This document shows, in pieces, positions 28,155 to 36,331 of a DNA stretch of 64,000 nt (position 1 is its first letter; the number at the start of each line of letters is the position of its first letter). A program made the position numbers and the translations under genes. The notes under the pieces are model-generated. The model was given only the letters and a program-made list of their open reading frames with translations. It did not search any database and was not told where the DNA came from. This DNA is from Anaerolineales bacterium (GTDB lineage: Bacteria; Chloroflexota; Anaerolineae; Anaerolineales; Villigracilaceae). Location: positions 309-64,308 of the forward strand of contig DATJPX010000160.1 in NCBI GenBank assembly GCA_035506155.1, read 5' to 3'.

Positions 28155-30539
28155 GTGGAATTCAAGGATTTCCAGCGAGGCCCGGCTGCCAGGAGATTTC
28201 TATGGACGGCTCTCCTGGCTGCCATGCTGCTGACCGCTTCCTGCACCGGACCGGTTCCGTCGTCCACGCCGACTACGAATCGCCTGAACCTGGATTTCAA
28301 TGTGGACTGGAAGTATTCCCAGGGGGACGTTAGCGGTGCAGAGGCCACAGCCTTTAACGATTCCGGGTGGATTTACGTGGACCTTCCGCACTCGACCAAA
28401 TTCGTGACCCCCGAAGACCCGAATGCCTACCTGGGTGTGAGCTGGTACCGGAAACACTTCAGCGTGGACAGCGCCTACCAGGACCGCAAAGTGTATATCG
28501 AGTTCGAAGGAGCCATGCAGTCCGCGGACGTGTGGGTCAACGGCGTCAAGAAGATCCGCCACGTGGGCGGCTATACCCCGTTCACCATCGACGTCACCGG
28601 CGACGTGACCTACGGCGGCGCCGATAACGTCATCGCGGTGAGGCTCGACAGCAATGCCAGCCCGGATTGGGCGCCCGGCTGGAACGGCGTGGATTTCCAA
28701 TATGACGGCGGCCTGTACCGGGACGTCAACATGTACGTGACCGACCGGCTGCACGTCACCGATGCCGTTTATGCCAACAAGGTGGCGGGAGGCGGAGTTT
28801 TCGTCACCTATCCCGAAGTAAGCGCGGCCTCAGCAACCGTCCATATCAAGACGAACGTCCTCAACGAATACCCGGGGGCGAAGACCGCCACCCTTCTCTC
28901 GGAGATCGTCGCCGCGGACGGGCAGGTGGTCGCGTCGGCGGTGACGAGCGCATCGATCGGCGCAGGTGCGGATCACGACTTCACCCAGGATATCACCCTG
29001 GCCCAACCGAAGCTCTGGAGTCCGTACGCGCCCAATCTCTACACCCTGAACAGCATCGTCAAGGACGGGTCGGCAGCCGTGGACGAGGTCTCGACCCGGA
29101 TCGGCATCCGGCGCATCGAGTGGAGTCACGACGGCGGTCTGGTCATCAACGGCAGTCGCTTCAAGGCGCTCGGGGTGGATATGCATCAGGAGATGTACGG
29201 ACTGGGCAATGCCGTTCCGGACCAGTCCATTTACTATGACGTCAAGCGCATCAAGGATGCCGGGTTGAATTTCATCCGCGGCTCGCACTATCCGCACGAC
29301 CCGGCCTTCTACGCCGCCTGCGACGAGCTCGGCATCCTCGTCCTGGATTCCCAGACCGGCTGGCAGCAGTTCAATGACACGACCGCCTTCAAGGACAACA
29401 CGTACCAGGAGCTGCGCGACATGATCCGCCGTGACCGGGATCACCCGAGCGTGGTCGCCTGGGAAGCCAGCCTGAACGAATCCAACTTCACGGATGCCTG
29501 GGCTAAAGCGGCCAACGACATCGTCCACGCAGAATATCCCGGCGACCAGGCTTTCTCGGCCGCCTGGAAGGGACCCTACGCGGACATCTTCATCGACGCC
29601 TCGCAGCATAACGTCCGCAGCACCACCGATCCCCGTCCGATCATCATCGACGAGTACGGCGATTGGGAATACGGCGGCGCCAACTCGACCAGCCGGCAGG
29701 CCCGGGAGGCGGGCGACGCCGCCATGCTGACCCAGGCGAACAACGTCCAGGACGGCGAGGGCAAGAACATGGCCATGCCCTGGTTCACGGCAGACGGCTA
29801 CTGGGATTGGGCGGACTACGGCGGGTTCAGCAACTACGGCATCACCCGGTCGGGCCTCGTCGACATGTACCGCCTGCCCAAGTATTCCTATTATTTCCTG
29901 CAGAGCCAACGAGATCCAGGCGTCATCATCCCCGGGGTAGATTCGGGTCCGATGGTATTCATCGCCAACCAGTGGACGGCGAGCTCGCCGACGACCGTGC
30001 GGGTGTACAGTAACTGCGAACAGGTCGCCCTGTCCCTGAACGGAAAACTGGTCGCCACCCAAAGACCCGACGTCGGAACGAACCTGCTCCACCCGCCATT
30101 CGATTTCAATCTGGGCGGCTACACCCCGGGGACCCTGAAAGCGGATTGCCTGATCGGCGGCAAACCGGAAGCATCCTTCACCCAAAGGACGCCCGGGCAG
30201 GCAGCCGCCATCCGGCTGGTGCCGGAAGCGACCAGGCTGCAGGCCGACTTGAGCGACGCCCGGCTGGTCTTCATCGAAGTCGTCGATGCCAATGGTACGG
30301 TGGTGCCAACGGACAGCAGCCAGGTGAGCTTGAGCCTCACTGGTCCAGGAAGCATCGTCGGACCCATCCTGCTCACCATGAAAGGCGGCGAGCTGGCAAC
30401 CTGGGTCCGGGCGGGCCGCGCCGCCGGGACGATCGTCCTGACGGCCAGCGCTTCCGGCCTGACCCCGGCCACGCTGAAGCTGGTCAGCCAGGCAGTGCCG
30501 AACCTGCCCCCGCCGCCGCCCGATCGCAAGGATAAATAG
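28155..30539 (+). CDS. GH2 beta-galactosidase-like glycoside hydrolase, predicted lipoprotein
   Basis: GTG at 28155 with AGGAGG 5 nt upstream. Signal RRFLWTALLAAMLLTASC. GH2 sugar-binding domain (GVSWYRKHF, YIEFEGAMQSADVWVNG, GGYTPFTIDVT). TIM barrel (NFIRGSHYPHD, AWEASLNES). Confidence 0.8.
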   Translation: MEFKDFQRGPAARRFLWTALLAAMLLTASCTGPVPSSTPTTNRLNLDFNVDWKYSQGDVSGAEATAFNDSGWIYVDLPHSTKFVTPEDPNAYLGVSWYRKHFSVDSAYQDRKVYIEFEGAMQSADVWVNGVKKIRHVGGYTPFTIDVTGDVTYGGADNVIAVRLDSNASPDWAPGWNGVDFQYDGGLYRDVNMYVTDRLHVTDAVYANKVAGGGVFVTYPEVSAASATVHIKTNVLNEYPGAKTATLLSEIVAADGQVVASAVTSASIGAGADHDFTQDITLAQPKLWSPYAPNLYTLNSIVKDGSAAVDEVSTRIGIRRIEWSHDGGLVINGSRFKALGVDMHQEMYGLGNAVPDQSIYYDVKRIKDAGLNFIRGSHYPHDPAFYAACDELGILVLDSQTGWQQFNDTTAFKDNTYQELRDMIRRDRDHPSVVAWEASLNESNFTDAWAKAANDIVHAEYPGDQAFSAAWKGPYADIFIDASQHNVRSTTDPRPIIIDEYGDWEYGGANSTSRQAREAGDAAMLTQANNVQDGEGKNMAMPWFTADGYWDWADYGGFSNYGITRSGLVDMYRLPKYSYYFLQSQRDPGVIIPGVDSGPMVFIANQWTASSPTTVRVYSNCEQVALSLNGKLVATQRPDVGTNLLHPPFDFNLGGYTPGTLKADCLIGGKPEASFTQRTPGQAAAIRLVPEATRLQADLSDARLVFIEVVDANGTVVPTDSSQVSLSLTGPGSIVGPILLTMKGGELATWVRAGRAAGTIVLTASASGLTPATLKLVSQAVPNLPPPPPDRKDK

Positions 30540-30582
30540 ATCTGCTTTTCCAGAGAGGTGCGATTCTTCTTCTCTTTCCTCC

Positions 30583-30615
30583 GAGGAGGCAGGCACGCGA
30601 GGCGCCTGCCTCCTC
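30583..30615. terminator. bidirectional terminator between GH2 (+) and the hybrid regulator (-)
   Basis: 12-bp stem gaggaggcaggc / gcctgcctcctc with a 9-nt loop, then ccctttt. Confidence 0.6.
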
Positions 30616-30624
30616 CCCTTTTAA

Positions 30625-33600
30625 TTAATTTCTTTTTCCGCGCCGGAACGCCCGCGGGGTCACGCCGACCTCCTTCTGGAAGGTACGGGTGAAATGGGCG
30701 CTCTCGGAAAAACCCACTTCGAGGGCCACCTGCATGATCGACAGGTTGGTGGTCTCCAGCAATTCCCGGGCCTGGCGGATCCGGTAGCGGCGCAGATACA
30801 TCATCGGGGTGATATTGAGCTCCTGGCGAAAGCAATCGGTCAGGTAGTCCGCACTGATTCCGATGTGGCGGGCGATGTCCTCCCGGCTGAGCGGCTCGGC
30901 ATACTGGGCATGGATGAAAGCCATGGCCTGCCGGACGAGCTGCTGGGTCGCCCTGCCCAGGGTATGCTGCTTTGCCAGGGCGATTTCGATCAGGTTGAGG
31001 GTCTCGGCCGCGTTGAACAGTCCCTTGCTCAGGATCGCCGCCACCCCCTGGTTGCAGCGCTCCAGGTCGGCCTCGGAGAGCATCTTGGCGGTCAGGACGA
31101 TGACCGGGAGGTTGCGGGTTTCAGCCTTCAAGCGCAGGGCGTCCAAGACGGCGAACCCGTCCATCACCGGCATCATCAGGTCGAGCAGGATCAGGTCCGG
31201 GCGGACCCGCCCGATCGCGGTCATGGCTTCCTGCCCATTGCGGGCCGTCATGACCTGGCAGCCGATCTGTTTCACCAGGCGGCTGTGCAGGTCGAGGATG
31301 CCCGGGTCGTCGTCCACGACCAGCACCGTGCGCTGGCCAGGCCCGGGCTCCACATACCGGGCCAGTTCCTCGGATAGCTGTTCGAGGCGCAGCGGCTTGT
31401 GGAGGTAATTCAGCTCCAGGAGTTCCCCCTGATCGCGCTCGACATCCAGGGAATAGACCAGGACCGGGACGTGCTCGGTGGGCGGCTGCCGCTTGAGCAT
31501 CCCCAGGATCGTCCAGCCTTCGCGTTCGGCCAGGCGGTTGCCCAGGACCAGGGCGGCGGGCGGGGAAGTGACCAACTCGGGCATCCATTCGATGTCCCCG
31601 TCCACCAGGTAGGCCCGCACGTCGAAACCGCGCATCCGCAGGTGGGCGCATAGCTGTTCGGCCGGATCGGAGTGTTCGGTCAGTACCACCACCGTGCTGC
31701 TCTGGGGAACCAGGGAGGCGATCAGGCCGGCCTGCGGCGAAACGGCCGATTCGATCGGCAGGGTGAAGAAAAACGTGGTGCCGGCCCCCAGGTCCCCGGG
31801 CGAGCGGATGCCGATCGTGCCGCCGTGCTGCTCGACCAGCTGCTTGGAGATCACCAGGCCCAGGCCCAGGCCGCCGTATCCCGACTGGACCGCCCGCTCC
31901 GTCCGATGGAACTCGTGGAAGATCTTGTCCAGCTCCCCGGGCGGGATGCCGATCCCCGTGTCGCTGACCGAAATGGTCGCCTGCTTATCCTGGATGGAGA
32001 CGTCCAGGCGGACCTGGCCGGTTGGGGTGAATTTTATGGCGTTGCTGATCAGGTTGAGCGTGACCTGGCGCAGGCGGGTCCGGTCGCCGATGATCCAGGG
32101 TCCCTGCCTGGGAAGCTCGGCCTGCCAGGTGAGACCCCTGTCACGGGCCAGTTGCTCGCCGATCTTGACCGCCACCTGCAGGACCTCGCTCAGGTCGAGG
32201 GGTTCCCGCAGGATCCGCAGCTGGCCCGCCTCGCTGCTGGCCAGGTCGAGGACGTCGCCGATCAGGCGGGCCAGGTGCTGGGCGCTGGTGTGGATCTGCT
32301 CGATGTCGCGCAGCGCGGTCCCGGACGGCTCGGACTGCTCCCGCAGGACCATCTCGCTCAGGCCGACGATCAGGCTGAGGGGCGTGCGCAGCTCGTGGCT
32401 CACCATCGACAGGAAGCGACTCTTCAGGCGGTTGGCCTCCTCGGCCAGCTTGCGGCCCTCGAGGGCATCCCGGTAGAGCTGGCTGGAGCGCAGCGCCGAA
32501 GCCAGGTTGTGGACGATGGCGGCGCACGGTTCGAGGTTGGTGGCGCTCATCGCCACGAACCCGGTCGTGTTCTCGTCGATGATCAACGGCAGGAGGACTA
32601 GCTGGAAGGCCTTGTCGGCGGGGTACTGGCCGGGAGGCGGAAACTCCCGGGTCGTGAAGCGTGTCCCGGCCGTATTTTCAGGCAAGCCAACGTCGAAGAG
32701 GATCCTTCCCTCGGCCAGCGGGTCATCCTCCTTCGAAGAATAGAGGGCCACCAGGGCATGCGGGATGCCCAGCTGCGGTAAGTGTTCGGCCAGGATATTC
32801 GCAGTGGACGGCAGGTCGAGGGCAGACAGCAATTGCGAGGTCATCAATCCGAGCCGGTTGGTCGTTTCCATGTGGCGCAGGAGGACGTCTGTGGCCTGAC
32901 GCTGGGCCAACTCGGCAATGACGATGCGGGCCCGGTCCACCAACGCGTCGGCGAAGTTCTCGTCGGACCTGGCGACGGTCGAGCGCAAGGCCGGCAATCC
33001 GCCCCGCAGGACCGAAAATGCAGTATGCCAGGCATAGGCATCCTCCTCGTGCAATTCGGTCCAGGTAAAGATGTGCTGCAATTCGGCATCGAACCGCTTC
33101 GGATCGCGCCGCGACAGACTTTCCTGAAAAGTATTGACGATGTTCAGGCAGAGGTTCTCCACCTCCGCGTATGGGCTGTGGCGGATTTCCAGGTAGGCAG
33201 CATCGGCCATCGAGTGGGCCAGTAGACCCGGGGCGGCATCCCGACTCGAGGCCGCCGAGGGGAGCGGCGGCGCAGCGGCCACGTTCTCCGGGCGGCAACC
33301 GCAGGATTGGCGGATGACCAAACGGGTGGGGACGCGCCGGCCGCTTTCAGTCTGGCCCTTCCCTTCGATCGCATCCAGGACCGACAGGACCGCCTGGTAG
33401 CCGAGGGTGAAGGTCGGGTGGCGGACGGTCGTCAGGATGGGAAGCTGCGAGCGCGCCTCCAGGATGTCGTCGAAGCCGATCACCGCCACATCCTCCGGGA
33501 TGCGCCGGCCGGACGCCCGCAACACCTCCATTGCCCCGATCCCCGAAAGGTCGTTGCTGGCAATGAGGGCGGAAAACGGCGCGCCGGCCTCGAGGATCGC

Positions 33601-34227
33601 CTGCATGGCGATCCGCCCATCCTCCCGGCGGTGCTCGCCGAAAGCAACCAGGCGCTCGTCCTCCGGGAGTCCCGCCTCATGGAGCGCCTCCCGGTAAGCC
33701 GCCAGCCGCTCGGCGCTGTCGCCGCCGCGGCCTTTCTTCCCAGCGATGAAGGCAATGCGTTTGTGTCCGTGATAGAGGAGGTGTTCGAACGCCTGACGGA
33801 TCCCGTTCGCGTTGTCCACGGCGACCAGTGGACCGGGTTTCTCGGCGGTCGTCAGGATGATCGGATACCCGGCGCGGATCAAATCCTGCACGTACTGGAA
33901 TTGTGCGTCCGAGAGGTCGTCGGGAATAATGATCAGGCCGTCGGCATTCCATGGCCCGACCGGCAAGAAGTCCATGCCTGCCCCGGGGACGGCCCAGGCG
34001 GTCCGGCTGGCGCGCGGGCTGCCCGGCAGCGAAACTCCGCAGCCGATCAGGAGATTGCAATCTTGCTCGAACGCTGCCGCCCGGACCCCTTGCATGAGGG
34101 CGTGGGTGTAATTGTCGATCGTGGTCCCTTCATAGACGGACCAGGTGGAGAGAAAACCGATCGTTGGGCGTTTGTCGCTGGGGCGCATATACGATGGCGG
34201 GGAGAGGAAAAAGCCGGCTGCGTTCAA
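30625..34227 (-). CDS. TM-less hybrid regulator: LacI-type PBP sugar-binding domain, GAF-like, HisKA, HATPase, pseudo-REC, REC, AraC HTH
   Basis: 1200 aa. IGFLS...ASNDLSGIGAMEVLRASGRRIPEDVAVIGFDD (PBP1). SMVSHELRTPL (H-box). DTGIGIP/GGLGLGL (N/G boxes). VLVVDDD...LILLDLMMPVMDG...VLTAK (REC). C-terminal LSIMQVALEVGFSESAHFTRTFQKEVGVTP (AraC). Start is uncertain: TTG at 34227 or ATG at 34188. Confidence 0.85.
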   Translation of the reverse strand: MNAAGFFLSPPSYMRPSDKRPTIGFLSTWSVYEGTTIDNYTHALMQGVRAAAFEQDCNLLIGCGVSLPGSPRASRTAWAVPGAGMDFLPVGPWNADGLIIIPDDLSDAQFQYVQDLIRAGYPIILTTAEKPGPLVAVDNANGIRQAFEHLLYHGHKRIAFIAGKKGRGGDSAERLAAYREALHEAGLPEDERLVAFGEHRREDGRIAMQAILEAGAPFSALIASNDLSGIGAMEVLRASGRRIPEDVAVIGFDDILEARSQLPILTTVRHPTFTLGYQAVLSVLDAIEGKGQTESGRRVPTRLVIRQSCGCRPENVAAAPPLPSAASSRDAAPGLLAHSMADAAYLEIRHSPYAEVENLCLNIVNTFQESLSRRDPKRFDAELQHIFTWTELHEEDAYAWHTAFSVLRGGLPALRSTVARSDENFADALVDRARIVIAELAQRQATDVLLRHMETTNRLGLMTSQLLSALDLPSTANILAEHLPQLGIPHALVALYSSKEDDPLAEGRILFDVGLPENTAGTRFTTREFPPPGQYPADKAFQLVLLPLIIDENTTGFVAMSATNLEPCAAIVHNLASALRSSQLYRDALEGRKLAEEANRLKSRFLSMVSHELRTPLSLIVGLSEMVLREQSEPSGTALRDIEQIHTSAQHLARLIGDVLDLASSEAGQLRILREPLDLSEVLQVAVKIGEQLARDRGLTWQAELPRQGPWIIGDRTRLRQVTLNLISNAIKFTPTGQVRLDVSIQDKQATISVSDTGIGIPPGELDKIFHEFHRTERAVQSGYGGLGLGLVISKQLVEQHGGTIGIRSPGDLGAGTTFFFTLPIESAVSPQAGLIASLVPQSSTVVVLTEHSDPAEQLCAHLRMRGFDVRAYLVDGDIEWMPELVTSPPAALVLGNRLAEREGWTILGMLKRQPPTEHVPVLVYSLDVERDQGELLELNYLHKPLRLEQLSEELARYVEPGPGQRTVLVVDDDPGILDLHSRLVKQIGCQVMTARNGQEAMTAIGRVRPDLILLDLMMPVMDGFAVLDALRLKAETRNLPVIVLTAKMLSEADLERCNQGVAAILSKGLFNAAETLNLIEIALAKQHTLGRATQQLVRQAMAFIHAQYAEPLSREDIARHIGISADYLTDCFRQELNITPMMYLRRYRIRQARELLETTNLSIMQVALEVGFSESAHFTRTFQKEVGVTPRAFRRGKRN

Positions 34228-34335
34228 GGAAAGTATATCATTACCGCTGCTCGATTCCCCCCTCCGAAACGCAAGCCAGGAACGCCTGCCAAAAGGCGTC
34301 GTCCGTCCGGAAAGCAGCCGGGCGATGGAGAGACT

Positions 34336-34599
34336 CTAGTGCAGGATCTCCTGGTTGGCCCGATCGGCCTCCTGGAGGATCTGGCTGACCTCCTCTTTCA
34401 TCTCGGGGGTGGCGCTCGGGGTTTTGGGGATGTATTTCACCAGGTCGCGGGCATCCTGCAGGAGCGCCTTGACCCGGGCGATGTAGGAGAAATTATGTTT
34501 GCCACCCTCGGCAGCCTCCGGGACGGGATAGTCGCGGGCTTCCTGGATCAGGGCATGGGCTTTTTTGATCCGATCGACGGCCAGAATCAAGCGGGACAT
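34336..34599 (-). CDS. 87-aa helical hypothetical protein
   Basis: Trimmed to the ATG at 34599 with AGGAG upstream. MSRLILAVDRIKKAHALIQEARDY... Last gene on this strand after thrC. Confidence 0.5.
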   Translation of the reverse strand: MSRLILAVDRIKKAHALIQEARDYPVPEAAEGGKHNFSYIARVKALLQDARDLVKYIPKTPSATPEMKEEVSQILQEADRANQEILH

Positions 34600-34684
34600 G
34601 AAGGCTCCTGTGAGAGAAAGGCGGGTCACGCCGATCGGCGTGACCCGTAAAGTTTAACCCATTTTGTGGAGGAATTGCAGAAAT

Positions 34685-35899
34685 CTAGGCCAGCGCATCC
34701 AGGTATTTCAGCCCCGACCCGGTGTTGAACAGGACAATGCGCTCGTCCGGCCGGACCCACTTCTGCTTGACCAGCTTTTCCAACCCGGCCAGGGTGGCGG
34801 CGCCCTCGGGGGCGGGGAAAATCCCTTCGTGGGCGCTCAGGTCCCGCCCGGCTGCCAGGATGGCCTCGTCGCTGACGGCCACAGCCGTCCCCTGGCTTTC
34901 GCGCAAGTCCGCCAGGATGAGGGCGTCGGCAAAGCTCTTCGGGACGCGCAGCCCGGAAGCCAGCGTGTGGGCGTTCGTCCAGAAATCGCAGAACTGGGCG
35001 CCGCTCTCGAAAGCCTTGACCACCGGGGCGCAGCCCTCGGCCTGCACGACGACCATGCGCGGCCGGCGGGTGTCCTTCAGCCAGCCGAGCGCTTCCATCT
35101 CGGCGAAGGCCTTCCACATCCCGACCAGTCCGGTGCCGCCGCCGGTCGGGTAGACGATCACGTCGGGCAGGGACCAGTCGAAGGCTTCGGCCAGCTCGTA
35201 GCCCATGATCTTCTTGCCCTCCACGCGGTAAGGCTCCTTGAACGTGGACAGGTCGAACCAGCCTTCCTCGCGGGCCTTGATGCCGGCCATGCCGGCCGCG
35301 TCGCTGATGATCCCGTCGACCAGGATCACGTCCGCCCCGGCCATGCGGCTTTCGTCGATGTTGGCGCGCGGGGTGTCCTTGGGCATATAAATGGCGGCGC
35401 GGATGTTCGCCCGGGCGGCATAGGCAGCCATCGCCCCGCCGGCGTTCCCGGCGGTCGGGATGATGACCTTGTCGATGCCCAATTCCTTGGCCTTCGATAC
35501 GGCCGCGGCCAGGCCGCGCGCCTTGAACGAGCCGGTCGGATTGGTGCTCTCATCCTTGACGTACAGGTTGGACAGCCCGAGTTTGGCGCCGATGTGCGGG
35601 ACCGGCAGCAGAGCCGTATCCCCTTCCCCCAGGTAGACGAAGTTTTGCGGATCCCGGACCGGGAGCAACTCATGCCAGCGCCACATCCCGTGCAGCCGCT
35701 GGCGGATGGTCGCCCGATCCACATGCGCCTGCACGGCTTTCAGATCGTAGCGCGCCAGCAGGGGCGATTGACAATCGGGGCAATAAGTATGAATCTGATC
35801 GGCTGCGAATTTCGCGCCGCAGCCGGAACATTCTAATTCGGTAAGGTAGGAGGTGGCCGCAGAGCCCGTTGCCTCATCTGCCATAAAGTTGGATGGCAT
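34685..35899 (-). CDS. thrC: threonine synthase (short, Zn-ribbon-containing ThrC type)
   Basis: 404 aa. N-terminal CSGC...CPDC. PLP-Lys motif NPTGSFKARG. PTAGNAG. GGGTG-type phosphate loop (YPTGGGTGLVG). Confidence 0.8.
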   Translation of the reverse strand: MPSNFMADEATGSAATSYLTELECSGCGAKFAADQIHTYCPDCQSPLLARYDLKAVQAHVDRATIRQRLHGMWRWHELLPVRDPQNFVYLGEGDTALLPVPHIGAKLGLSNLYVKDESTNPTGSFKARGLAAAVSKAKELGIDKVIIPTAGNAGGAMAAYAARANIRAAIYMPKDTPRANIDESRMAGADVILVDGIISDAAGMAGIKAREEGWFDLSTFKEPYRVEGKKIMGYELAEAFDWSLPDVIVYPTGGGTGLVGMWKAFAEMEALGWLKDTRRPRMVVVQAEGCAPVVKAFESGAQFCDFWTNAHTLASGLRVPKSFADALILADLRESQGTAVAVSDEAILAAGRDLSAHEGIFPAPEGAATLAGLEKLVKQKWVRPDERIVLFNTGSGLKYLDALA

Positions 35900-35947
35900 G
35901 CTATTCCTTCTTCACTCAACCATTATAACCAATTTGGATATACCAGC

Positions 35948-36328
35948 TTAGTGGGATGAGACGACGAAACCTTCCACACGGGCCCACAGCTCGCGGATGT
36001 TGATCGGCTTGGACATGTACACGTCACAGCCTGCATCCAGGGCCTTTTCGGCGTCGCCTTTCAGGGCATTCGCCGTGATGGCAATGATCGGGACATAGGC
36101 CAACTCGACCTTGGTGCTCTTGCGCAGGCGACGGGCCACTTCATACCCGTCGATGTCGGGCAGGTTGATATCCAGCAGGACTAGGTCCACGTCCTGCGCT
36201 TCCGCCATGGCCAGGCCCCGGGTGCCATTCTCGGCTTCCAGCAGATGGTACCCGCGCGATTCAAGCACACGCTTGACCAGCAGCATGTTATCCGGATTAT
36301 CTTCGATGTATAAAATATTTTTTCCCAT
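35948..36328 (-). CDS. single-domain response regulator (CheY-like)
   Basis: 126 aa. ILYIEDN, LVLLDINLPDIDG, IIAITAN, YMSKP. Confidence 0.9.
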   Translation of the reverse strand: MGKNILYIEDNPDNMLLVKRVLESRGYHLLEAENGTRGLAMAEAQDVDLVLLDINLPDIDGYEVARRLRKSTKVELAYVPIIAITANALKGDAEKALDAGCDVYMSKPINIRELWARVEGFVVSSH

Positions 36329-36331
36329 GAA

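Noticed and set aside
28830-30596. 588-aa minus-strand ORF
   Set aside because: It is antisense to the GH2 gene. It is Arg/Gly/Asp-rich, with no SD and no motifs.
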